NCBI RefSeq assembly: GCF_006345805.1
Contig: NC_043026.1
Span: forward strand, 806,001 to 870,000
From: Octopus sinensis
Taxonomy: Eukaryota
Direction: 5' to 3'
Length of the DNA stretch: 64,000 bases
Below the pieces are notes generated by a model that saw nothing but the letters and a program-made list of their open reading frames with translations, ran no database searches and was not told where the DNA came from. This document shows, piece by piece, positions 48,050 through 60,125 of this stretch. Numbering within the stretch: the stretch's first letter is position 1; every line of letters starts with the position of its first letter. The translations under genes and the position numbers were made by a program.

Positions 48050-49244
48050 ATGTGTATGTGTTTGTCTTACTGTTATATGTTGTTATACACACACACACAC
48101 ACACACATATATGTATACATGAATGTATGTGTATGAGTGTATATACAATATATATATTATATATAATACACTTTTTACATATATAAATGTAGTGTATGAG
48201 TGTGTATGTGTGTATAATATATATATAAATATATAATATTATAGATATATATATATTTATATATACACTTTTATATACATATATAAATGTATGTGTATGT
48301 ATATGTATGTGTGTTTGTGTATAAATATCTATGTATTGTGAGTATATGTGGGTGTATGTGTTTACAAAATGCATGTATGTTTGTGTACATACATATATAC
48401 ATGTTTTGTGTTGTGTTTTTTCTTACTATGTGTTATACCTGTTATACACACCCACCATATATGAATACATGTTGTATGTATATGTAAGAGTGTATCAGTA
48501 TGTGTGTTAATATATATATATATATGTATGTATGTATGTATACTATTTTATACACATTTATACATATAAATGTGTGTGTATGTATGGTGTGAGTGTGCAT
48601 TGTGTGTCTGTGTGTGTGTGTGTTTGTATACTATATGTATCGTTGGTATACCACACACACCCATATATGAACATGTATGTATGTATATGTAGAGTGTATA
48701 ATATGTGTTTGTATATATATATATATGTAATATGTATGTAGTATATATTATTTTACACATTTAACATATAAATGTTGTGTATGTATATTGTGATGTGCAT
48801 GTGTGTCTGTGTGTGTGTGTGTTTGTCTTACTATATGTTATACGTTGTTATACACACACACACACATATATGAATACATGTATGTATGTATATGTAAGAG
48901 TGTATAAATATGTGTGTGATATATATATATATATATGTAAGTATGTATGTATGTATATATATTTATACACATTTATACATATAAATGTGTGTGTATGTAT
49001 ATGTGTGAGTGTGCATGTGTGTCTGTGTGTGTGTTTGTCTTACTATATGTTATACGTTGTTATACACACACACACACATATATGAATACATGTATGTATG
49101 TATATGTAAGAGTGTATAAATATGTGTGTGTATATATATATATATATATGTAAGTATGTATGTATGTATATATATTTATACACATTTATACATATAAATG
49201 TGTGTCTATGTATATGTGTGTGTGTGTGTGCGCATGTGTGTGTG

Positions 49245-49250
<6 letters not shown>
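48050..49250. repeat. Microsatellite-derived ~205 bp tandem repeat, about 5 copies
   Basis: TTTGTCTTACT-like anchors near 48061, 48418, 48623, 48822 and 49034. Confidence 0.82.
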
Positions 49251-49275
<25 letters not shown>

Positions 49276-49599
49276 TTGTTTTTAGCTAGAGGTGTACGTA
49301 GCCTGCCAGAGACGCCATAGCTGTCAAATCAATAGCAGCAATATTGATGACATGCATGCATATGTGTACGTACGTGCACATATATATACACATATATAAA
49401 TATATGCATTATATCTGTGTGTGTGTGTGTGGGTTTGCTAGATGAAGATGGTGAGGCTGGAGAAGGGAAGGGTGAGGCAGATGTGCATCTGAAGGCAGTG
49501 GTGGTGGTGGAGGTGAAAATAAAAAGAGTCGGTGGAGATAGATGGCTGTCGGTTTGTGTGAAGGGAAGGTGATTTCTTCTTTTTGCAGTGGCTGCTGGC

Positions 49600-49900
49600 A
49601 CAGGTGGTAGTGCAGGCAGTGGTGATGGTGGTGGTGGTGGTGGTGGTGGTGGTAATGGTGGTGATGGTGGTAATGGTGGTGGTGGTGGTGGTGGTAATAG
49701 TGGTGGTGATGGTGGAGGTGATGGTGGTGGTGGTGGTGGTGGTAATGGTGGTGATGGTGGTAATGGTGGTGGTGGTGGTGGTGGTGTGGTAATAGTGGTG
49801 GTGATGCTGGAGGTGATGGTGGTGGTGGTGGTGGAGTTGTTGTTGTTGCAGTAGTTGTTGTTGTTGGTAGTGGTGGTGGTGGTGGTGGTGGTAGTATAGT
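49600..49900. repeat. (GGT)n array
   Basis: Direct inspection. Confidence 0.9.
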
Positions 49901-50189
49901 TTGTGATGAGTGGTGCCAGAATGTGTGTGTTGTTGTTGTTGTTGTGTGGGTGTCTGTGTACACGAGTAAGTGCGTGTGTCCGTATGTATGTGTATGTATG
50001 CATGCAAGAAGATGTTTGTGTGTGTATGTATGCGAATAGATGTGTGCGCATGTATGTGTATGTGAGCAAATATGTGTGTGTGTGTATGTATGTGAGTAAA
50101 TGTGTGGGTGTATGTGTATGTGAGCAAATATGTGTGTGTGTGTGTGTGTGTGTATATGTATATATGTGAGTAAATGCATGTGTGTGTAT

Positions 50190-50441
50190 GTACATGAGAA
50201 GAATTTTGTATGTGTGTGTGTGTGTATATACACGTGAGTAAATGTGTGTGTGTATATGTGAGTAAATGTGTGTGTGTATGTATGTGAGTAAATGCATATG
50301 TGTGTTTGTACATGAGAAGAATTTTGTATGTGTGTGTGTGTGTGATATACACGTGAGTAAATGTGTGTGTGTATATGTGAGTAAATGTGTGTGTATGTAT
50401 GTGAGTAAATGCATATGTGTGTTTGTACATGAGAAGAATTT

Positions 50442-50472
<31 letters not shown>

Positions 50473-50720
50473 ATACACGTGAGTAAATGTGTGTGTGTAT
50501 GTATGTGAGTAAATGCATATGTGTGTTTGTACATGAGAAGAATTTTGTATGTGTGTGTGTGTGTGTGTGTGTGTATACACGTGAGTAAATGTGTGTGTGT
50601 ATGTATGTGAGTAAATGCATATGTGTGTTTGTACATGAGAAGAATTTTGTATGTGTGTGTGTGTGTGTGTGTGTATACACGTGAGTAAATGTGTGTGTGT
50701 ATGTATGTATGTACATGAGT
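50190..50720. repeat. Microsatellite-derived 102-118 bp tandem repeat, 5 copies
   Basis: GTACATGAGAAGAATTTTGTATG at 50190, 50308, 50425, 50529 and 50631. Confidence 0.92.
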
Positions 50721-50783
50721 AAATGTGTGTGTTTTTGTATGCAAGTAGAATTTTGTGTATGTGTTTATGTATGTATGAGAGTA

Positions 50784-50821
<38 letters not shown>

Positions 50822-51200
50822 ATGTGGTCAGATATGTGTCTCAATGTACATGAGTAAATTTGTGTGTGTGTGTGTACGTGAGTAGATGTGTGTATCTACG
50901 CAAATAGATGTGTGTGTGTGCGTATGTATGCGAGTACGTGTATCTGTGTGTGTATGTGAATGTATAAGTGTGTGTGTCTGCATGCATTTGTGCTTGTTCG
51001 TGTGTATGTGTGTGTGTGCATGTGTGTGTGTGCATGTGATTGTCTGTGTGTGAGTATAATTGGATGTGTGTTTTAGTGTTCATGTGTGTGTGTGTGTGTG
51101 TGTCTGTGTGTGTATATGTGAATGCTCAGACTTGTGTATGTGAATTGGTGCTAGTGTGTGTGTGTGTGTGTGTGCGAATGTGTGTGAATGTGTTTGTATT

Positions 51201-51231
<31 letters not shown>

Positions 51232-51523
51232 TGGTGTCTGTATGTGATAGTGTTTGTGTGTATGTGTGTGCCAGTACGTGTGCGTGTTCATATGCTTGCA
51301 TGTGTGTGTTGATAACAGTTTGTGTGTATGTGTGTATGTGTGTGCAAATGTCTGAATTTATTTGTGTTTATGTGTGAATATGCATATGCTTGCTTCTTTG
51401 TGTGTGTGTTTGTTGCCAGTGTGTGTGTGTGTGCGTGCGTGTGTGTGTGTGTGTGTACCTGTGTATGCATTTAGGAGTCAATCAGAGTGATAGTCATCAT
51501 GGTGGCGGTGGTGATAGTGACTG

Positions 51524-51897
51524 CATGGTTCCGGGTTCAGTCCCACTGCGTGGCATCTTGGGCAAGTGTCTTCTGCTATAACCTCGGGCCGACCAATGCC
51601 TTGTCAGTGGATTTGGTAGACGGAAACTGTAAGAAGCCTGTCGCTATATGTATATATATGTATATTTATGTGTGTGTATATGTTTGTGTGTCTGTTGTTT
51701 GTCCCTCTAGCATTGCTTGACAACCGATGCTGGTGTGGTTACGTCCCCCCCCGTCACTTAGCGGTTCGGCAAAAGAGACCGATAGAATAAGTACTGGGCT
51801 TACAAAGAATAAGTCCCGGGGTCGATTTGCTCGACTAAAGGCGGTGCTCCAGCATGGCTGCAGTCAAATGACTGAAACAAGTAAAAGAGTAAAGAGA
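51524..51897 (+). mobile_element. Family A SINE, slightly 5'-truncated
   Basis: CATGGTTCCGGGTTCAGTCCC to AAAAGAGTAAAGAG. Confidence 0.92.
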
Positions 51898-52167
51898 GCA
51901 TATGCTTATGTGCAAACGTGTGTACGATTACACATGTTTGCGTTAGTGTTTAGACCCAGGTCAGTTCAATCTAACCAATTCATGATCAAAGACAATCTAG
52001 CCATGACGATCCCATCCTTTGGTAAGTTAGAAGATCCTGCTTCATGGATTTGTTAGATCAACGTTGAAATGGTGGCTAAACAACAACAAGGAGGGACACA
52101 TTGGATAGATCAACTTTCTGAATAAATGATAGGATGTTATATAAATGCATTTAATAATAATAAAGGT

Positions 52168-52420
52168 AAAGTTACCTTCTTGAGTCATATCGGATCATAG
52201 GGGCTGGTTTCTCCAGTTCTGTGGCATAGTTAGTTAGTTAGTTAATTTCTTGGCTCAAAAAGCAAAAAGCAAGGCCATCTGGATGCCAATCCATTGCAGG
52301 ATTATGCATTTTGCCAACTGAATGGACAGGGGTAATGTGGAATTAAGTCTTTTGCTCAAGAATACAACACATCGCCCAGTCCAGGAATTGAAACCACAAC
52401 TTTATGATCATGCCAGCACT
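52168..52420 (-). mobile_element. SINE remnant with CTTTACCTTTA-type tail and family E-like head
   Basis: TAAAGGTAAAG at 52171 and GCTCAAGAATACAAC...GGAATTGAAACC. Confidence 0.5.
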
Positions 52421-52424
52421 GCCT

Positions 52425-52695
52425 TGACTGGCTTCCGTGCTGGTGACATGTAAAATCACCAATCCGATGTCATGGCCGTTTGCCGAGCCTCCGCCTGGCA
52501 CCTGTGCGCAGGTGGCACGTACAAAGCATCCACTACACTCATGGAGTGGTTGGCGTTAGGAAGGGCATCCAGCTGTAGGAACCCTGCAATCAGACCGGAG
52601 CCTGGTGCAGTCTTCTGGCTTCCCAGATCTCCGGTCAAACCGTCCAACCCATGCTAGTATGGAGAATGGACGTTAAATGATGATGATGATGATGA
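52425..52695 (+). mobile_element. Family B retroposon
   Basis: GGCGTTAGGAAGGGCATCCAGCTG...(GAT)n. Confidence 0.87.
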
Positions 52696-52902
52696 GTCTA
52701 AAACCCAAACCACAAAGCCACATGCCTCGACCTTTAAGCATAGTAAGGAAGGGCACAAGCGATGGCCCTTTCTATGGCATCTGAGAACGGCCGGGAGGAA
52801 GATGTTCTTTACTTGGGGATCCAGTTTGCAGCAGATTAGACTCAGCTAAAAAGGCCCCCAACCAGCAGATGAGAATGATGAGTAGGGTGACAGAATAAGT
52901 TT

Positions 52903-53050
52903 ACCAACTCAGCTGGCAAAAATGAGTTGTTGGTGTATTTGAAAGGGCCAGACTTGTCACATTTCTGTGTCACACTGAATCTCTCCGAGAATTACATTAA
53001 GGGTACATGGGTCTGTGGAGTGCTCAGCCATATGCACATTAATTTCATGA
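52903..53050 (+). mobile_element. Family E SINE body
   Basis: Reverse complement of the 6990-7170 sequence. Confidence 0.7.
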
Positions 53051-53321
53051 GGGGATAAACGAAAAACTGCCAAATTATCCACTCATATAGGGTTCTTAAA
53101 AGAACAAGGGGTCAGTTATAGGATTTACTGGAAGATCTTAACCAAGTGTAATATATATATATATATATATCATATATATATATATATGTATATATATATT
53201 ATATATATATATTATATATATATATATTATATATATATGTATATATATATATATATATATAATATGTATATATATATATATATAATATATATATATATAT
53301 ATCTATCTATATCTATATGAT

Positions 53322-53478
53322 GAACTTCTTTCGGTTTTCATCTGCCAAATCCATTCACAAGGCTTTAGTCAACCCAGAGCTATGGGTGAAGACACTTACA
53401 TAAGGCGCTGCACAGTGAAACTGAACCAAAAACAAAACAGTTGGAAAACAAGCTTCTTAACCACGAAGCCATACCTAC
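53322..53478 (-). mobile_element. Family A SINE head, degenerate
   Basis: CCAAATCCATTCACAAGGCTTT...GAAGACACTT. Confidence 0.7.
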
Positions 53479-53701
53479 ACCTTGTAATATAGATGTAAAT
53501 ACGAGAAAGAAAAAAAAAAACCTTCACCTCTAATGATAAGGTTAATTGTCTGAAAAATGATTGTTTTTTTTTATCAACAACTTGTCTTTGACATTTGAGA
53601 AGCATTTACTGAAGATAATAACTACACAAATATAAACTATAACAACAGTAGTTCCTGGGATATAAGAGTGTGTGGAAGGTGAAATATATTCTTGTACTTA
53701 C

Positions 53702-53760
53702 CAACAATTTTGATGTTCTTTTTCTTCTCGTCCAACATAATATTTTCCATTTTTAAATCC
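53702..53760 (-). CDS. AMPK-related Ser/Thr kinase, exon a (catalytic loop)
   Basis: Acceptor tttatttttgcag|G, donor TTG|gtaagt; 59 nt; encodes (R)DLKMENIMLDEKKKNIKIV; the final G joins AT of exon b to form the DFG Asp. Confidence 0.94.
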
Positions 53761-53854
53761 CTGCAAAAATAAAAACGAAACACACAGTGAGAAAAGAGGC
53801 AAGCACGAATAAAGTTCAGTTTTAGTTTGCTGTCTTCCTATTGGGGTTTGAGAC

Positions 53855-54008
53855 AGAGTGGTTGGCGTTAGGAAGGGCATCCAGCCATAGAAACACTGCC
53901 AGATCAGACTGGGCCTGGTGCAGCCTTCTGGCTTCCCAGACCCCAGTTGAACCGTCCAACCCATGCTAGCATGGAAAGCGGACGCTAAACGAAGATGATG
54001 ATGATGAT
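53855..54008 (+). mobile_element. Family B 3' fragment
   Basis: GAGTGGTTGGCGTTAGG...(GAT)n. Confidence 0.87.
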
Positions 54009-54029
54009 ATGGAGTTTCTAGGACTCAAG

Positions 54030-54485
54030 AGAATCAGGTACTTAAATAGTGAAAGCACAAGGTCAGGTCGGGTATAGGGTTACATGTATAAACATAATTT
54101 AAGAACAAATGTGTACTTATTAAAGTGAACACGAATTTGTATTCTGGTTTATGTGTACAATCACAAATGGCAAGCTGTGTATACAATGAGTCATCAAAGT
54201 CACATGTGGGTACAATCATAGATTCAGATGTGTTACCTAAGATTAATTTTGAAGATCCAATCAAAGATTTTGCAATTCAAAAAAGTTGGAGGAAACTTTT
54301 CAAATAAAAATAAAACGGAAATATACAAAAATAAACATTATTTTCCCTCTTATTTTGTTTCGTTTTGAAAATTAAAAATTTATTCTATGGTTTATTGTTG
54401 TTTATATTTTGAATTACATAATCTTTTATGGGGCACCAAAATCTTTTAAGTGCTTAGGGCCTTGATGGGACTTAATCCAGCCCTA
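54030..54485 (+). mobile_element. hAT transposon 3' remnant
   Basis: KINFEDPIKDFAIQKSWRKLFK* resembles the hAT C-terminal dimerisation tail; terminal TTAATCCAGCCCT. Confidence 0.6.
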
Positions 54486-54489
54486 AGCA

Positions 54490-55249
54490 TAGCCTTGCAC
54501 ACAAGCTTCCAATCTGCCTTTCACCTGACTATTTCACCTGGCTATTTGTTGCCAACAGAGGTAATAGCTCTTTGAAATTCCTCCATTCTATTCTTATTCT
54601 AGCAACTATACTTTCAGAATATCCTCTTCACTGCTAATTTCATTGCCTAGGTAACAGAAATTATGCACAATCTCTAGGGAGCCTCCTAGGCATTTAAGAA
54701 AATTTATTTCTCATGTGTCCTTAGTGTTTATTGCACCTGTGCATCTTTCTTTGATAACCCACCTGTGATATCACTGCACCTCTCGTGTATCCATAGCTTG
54801 CAAACGGAATTTCTTCCAACACCTTTCCTTCATATTGAACAAGGTTATTACCTTGACAGAAAGAGGGACTTATTTGCTTTCTTGCTAGCAGTAACTTTGG
54901 TCTTCACTTGGTTAACTTTAAGGCCCTTTGATTCCAGATTTTGCTTCCATACCTGGAATTCCTTTTCTGATTCTGCTACAGATTTCAATATAAGAACAAA
55001 GTCACCAGCATATAACAGTTCCCACAGGCAGCCGGTCCTAAATTCCTATGTTGATTAAGAGAAGGACTAAGAACTGAGCCCTGGTGAACTCCTAATCACA
55101 TAATAAATTACTCAGAGTACTCATGGCTTCCTCACACTCTACTGATAGCACCCTTACACCTGTTTGCACAGCTCTAAAAATCCATTTGTCTACTCATAAC
55201 TAACTACTCATGACCTAGTTTATGTATAAATACATATATATATATATAT

Positions 55250-55311
<62 letters not shown>

Positions 55312-55438
55312 ACACATATATACTTATATGCATACATATACACATATTGTAATTATATGTATATATTATATATATATATATATATTATATAATCTACATA
55401 TATATATATATATAATATGTGTGTATATATATCATATA

Positions 55439-55471
<33 letters not shown>

Positions 55472-55860
55472 TATATATATATATATATTTATCTATATAT
55501 ATTATATGATATATGATATATATATGCATACATATTACATCTGAATACATAAACCTTCATACATGTGTATATGTATATACATATACATGCGTGTATATGC
55601 GTAAACATGACAGCTTGGAGGACCTCTTTGATTAAGAGAAGGACTGAGAACTGAGCCCTGGTGAACTCCTAATCATACAGTAAATTACTCAGAGTACTCT
55701 ACTGATAGCACCCTTACACCTGTTCGCACAGCTCTAAAAATCCGTTTGTCTACTCATAACGGTCTTTGAGCCAATCAGATAACATAGCAAAGGGGGATCT
55801 GTTGCAGGCTGTCTCCAGGTCAATGACTGCCAAATACAGCAGCTTACTTTTTTTACTAAA
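54490..55860 (-). mobile_element. Old RTE LINE RT fragment split by a microsatellite block, with ~140 bp duplication
   Basis: GCLWELLYAGD (degenerate YADD) near 55000-55035; 55051-55200 is repeated at 55628-55760. Confidence 0.75.
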
Positions 55861-56014
55861 TACTTCTCCTGCCATTTTTTAACTAGGATTCATTTTTTAA
55901 CTAGTATTCCTCCTTGCTACAAAAAAAAAAATGCATCTCATCTAGTCAGCTTCTGTTCTTAATCAACGGGGCTACATCTCTTTCTGTAACTTTCGTGACC
56001 TAGTACCAGCATCT

Positions 56015-56274
56015 TTATCTGCACACACAAATAATCATGCATAAATACATACATGTATGTATGTATGTATGTATGTATGTATGTATGTATGTATGTATGT
56101 GCATATGTATGTATGTATGTATTATGTATATAGGTATGTATGTGTATATGTGTGTGTGTGTGTATGTATATATGTTTGTATACATATATTTCTGTGTGTG
56201 AAGCAATAACCGTAGACTATATAAAATGTATAGATACATACATGTGAGTGTATATATGTATATATATGTGTGTG

Positions 56275-56306
<32 letters not shown>

Positions 56307-56504
56307 TATGCATACCTGTGTACATACATAAATCATAAATCTCTATATTTATTTTTGGTGCTTACATATACATAGATGCACATATATATATATATATATA
56401 CACACATACACACATATATATATATCATATTATACTCATGATATATAAAGAGAGAGCGATATCTTATATATATTATATTATATATATATATGTATCTATG
56501 TATG

Positions 56505-56558
<54 letters not shown>

Positions 56559-56710
56559 TATATATATGTGTGTGTGTGTGGGTGTGCACACGTGCGGGTG
56601 CGTGTGTGTGCATAAAGGTAGACCAAGACACACACAGAAAACGTGAGACATACACAAATACAAATTCACACATGTACACACCACACACACACACACACAC
56701 ACACACAGCC
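56015..56710. repeat. (TATG/TA/CA)n microsatellite
   Basis: Direct inspection. Confidence 0.88.
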
Positions 56711-56899
56711 AATAAATGGTAAGAATTTCTGTAGCCAGTAAACAATTGTGAGAGTCTATTTTGGTTCTTATTTTGAAAGAATGCTTTGCCTTTCTCATCA
56801 TTTCAAGCTGAAGACATCGGCATGAATGGATCTCTATTCAATAGAGGATTCATATCTCTTAATTTGAACAATTTGCTGTCGGGAGGGGGGGGGTAGTTT

Positions 56900-57630
56900 T
56901 ATGTAGATGATGATGATGATGATGACGATGATGATGATGATGATGTTGGTCATGGTGATGATGGTGATGATCATGTTGATGACGATGATGATGATAGCGA
57001 TGGTGATGGTGATGATGATGATGATGATAATGATGATGATGTTGATGGTGTTGGTCATGGTGATGATGGTGATAATGATGTTGATGACTATGGTGTTGAT
57101 GATGATGATGAAGATGACGAAGATGATAATCAAGAGGGTGATGATGAGGATTCTGACGATGATGATGATGATGGCAATGATGATGATGTTGATCATGTTG
57201 ATCATGGTGATGATGATGATGATGAAGATGATTATGATGACAATGGTGATGATGAAGATGATGATACTGATAATGATGATGGTGTTGATAATGGTGATGA
57301 TGGTGAAGATGATGGTGATGATGATGAAGATGATGAAGATGATAATTAAGAGGGTGATGATGAGGATTCTGACGATGATGATGGTGATGGCGATGATGAT
57401 AGTGGTGGTGGTGGTAATGGTGGTAGTGATGATGGTGATGCTTGCAGTGGAAGTCGTGGTTGGGAGCGAATTCGGTTGTGGTAGTGGTGTTAGTGACAGT
57501 AGCGGTGGTAGTGGTTGTGGTCGTGTTGTTGCTGCTGCTGCTAATGATAACGGCGATGGTGATGATCATAACAACAACAACAACGACAACAACAACAACA
57601 ACAACAACGATGATGATGATTCTGATGCAG
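56900..57630. repeat. (GAT)n-dominated triplet array with ~215 bp internal duplication
   Basis: AAGAGGGTGATGATGAGGATTCTGACG occurs twice (~57130 and ~57347). Confidence 0.9.
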
Positions 57631-57869
57631 CTACGATGGAACAGCGTATTCGACATGGCATCACATTCTGGAATGGAATTCGAAATGCGCCAAATCATGC
57701 CCAAGGAACAGTCCCCATAGCTATGTTCACCTTGGATAGTTCGAATTTCAAGTCAATTTAGGTCGAACACATTCTCTTGCTCCAACTCCGATTGCTACAT
57801 TGAACTCACATTGCGTTGAGTGGGGTGGTGGCAACCACATCAACAATCTGTGAAGATGACGATGATGAT

Positions 57870-58023
57870 TATGATGATGTGTGTGTGTATGCACACACAC
57901 ACACACACAAATAGATAGTTAGAAATATGCATTTGTATATGTGCATGTTTATGTATACATATATGTGTATATGTATATACATATACATATGTGTGCATAT
58001 GTGAATACATGAATATATATATT

Positions 58024-58054
<31 letters not shown>

Positions 58055-58529
58055 ATAGCATATATTCATGTGTGGTTATGTATAAATATATATACATACA
58101 TATACGTTACATGCATATATATACACATATTGTATATATATATATATATATATAATATATAATATATATATAATATATATAATTATATATCTATATATGT
58201 ATATATACAGATACATATATGTGTATGTGTATATATATATCTATATATATATGTATATATACAGATACATTATATGTATGTATATATATATATGATATAT
58301 GATAATATATGCATATATATTACATCTGAATACATAAACATTCATACATACATGCATGCATACATACATGTGTATATGTATATACATATACATGCGTGTA
58401 TATGCGTAAACATGAATACATAAGTTTATATGTATATATATATTATATATGTGTGTAATATATATATATATACACACATGCATAAATATATATATATTGT
58501 AAGTATATATATGTTATATATATAATATG

Positions 58530-58587
<58 letters not shown>

Positions 58588-58700
58588 GCACATATATATT
58601 ATGCATGAATGCATATCATATACACACACATATATATATCCATATAGGTATGCTTATGCACATATATAGATATACTATATTTCAATATACAGTAAATAAG
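57870..58700. repeat. (TA/CA)n microsatellite
   Basis: Direct inspection. Confidence 0.88.
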
Positions 58701-59520
58701 ATGCGATAATCACAGCTGGAATATCATATGTCAGCCAGATCATGTTTGACCCAAACTAAATAACAAACACACACACACATTGGATCAGATAACCCCAGGC
58801 AGACTATGTCTGAATGAGAGTTGTGTTGGTCATGGCTAGAACACCTTCGATAATAACTCTACCTGATCAGGATTGATCAGGGCTAAACAACAACAACAAC
58901 AACAACAGAGACACGTTTTTATAGTATAAACACAAATAGACATAGACTATGTCTGAATAAAAGTTGGGTTGGTCATGGCTGGAGCGCCTTTGAACAGGAA
59001 TGATCCAGGCTAATAGCAAGAATGGAATGTTCGCAAACAAGCGCAATAAAAGTTGTCCACTTGCTGTAACATCTCAGAAAGCTTCTGCTGTTTTGAACCT
59101 TGGATTAATCTTATGGGGAATTTGGAGTTAATCCAGGATTAATCTGAACAAAGATTAATTATTAATGTTGTATACAGATACATGAGTAAGTGTGTGTATA
59201 TATAAATATTAAATATATATATATCATCATCATCATCATCATCGTCGTTTAACGTCCGTTCTCCATGCTAGCATGGGTTGGACGGTTCGACCGGGTTTCT
59301 GGGAAGCCAGAAGGCTGCACCAGGCTCCAGTCTAATTTGGCAATGTTTCTACAGCTGGATTGCCCTTCCTAACGCCAAACCACTCCGTGAGTGTAGTGGG
59401 TGCTTTTTACGTGCCACCTGCACAGGTGCCAGGCGGGGCTGGCAACGGCCACGGTCAGATTGGTGTATTTTATGTGCCACCGGCACGGAAGCCAGTCGAG
59501 GCGTGTGCTGGCATCGGCCA

Positions 59521-60125
59521 CGAGTCGGGATAGGCTCTTTTACGTACCACCAGACCAGGATCCTGGCTGGTTCAATTCGATTTCGATTTCGCTTGCCCCA
59601 ACATGTCTTCACAAGCAAAGGGGGTTGGCAAGGGTGCCTGTCGTACGGTCGCATTGGAGTATTTTACGTGGCCACGGCCACGAGTCGGATAGTGCTTTAC
59701 GTACAACCAGACCAGGGATACTGGCTGGTTCAATTCGATTTCGATTTGCTGCCCAACATGTCTTCACAAGCAAAGGGGGTGGCAAGGGTGCCTGTCGTAC
59801 GGTCGCATTGGAGTCTTTTACGTGCCACGGCCACGAGTCGGATAGTGCTTTACGTACCACCAGACCAGGGATCCTGGCTGGTTCAATTCGATTTCGATTT
59901 CGCTTGCCCCAACATGTCTTCACAAGCAAAGGGGGTTGGCATGGTGCCTGTCGTACGGTCGCATTGGAGTATTTTACGTGCCACGGCCCCGATCGGATAG
60001 TGCTTTTTAACGTACCACCAGGCCAGGGATCCTGGCTGGTTCAATTCGGTTTCGATTTCGATTTTGATTTCGCTTGCCCCAACATGTCTTCGCAAGCATG
60101 GGGGGTTGGGATGGGTGTCTGTCGT
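59521..60125. repeat. ~155 bp tandem repeat, ~3.8 copies, in the RTE 3' UTR
   Basis: CGAGTCGG/CGATCGG anchors at 59521, 59681, 59834 and 59990. Confidence 0.92.
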
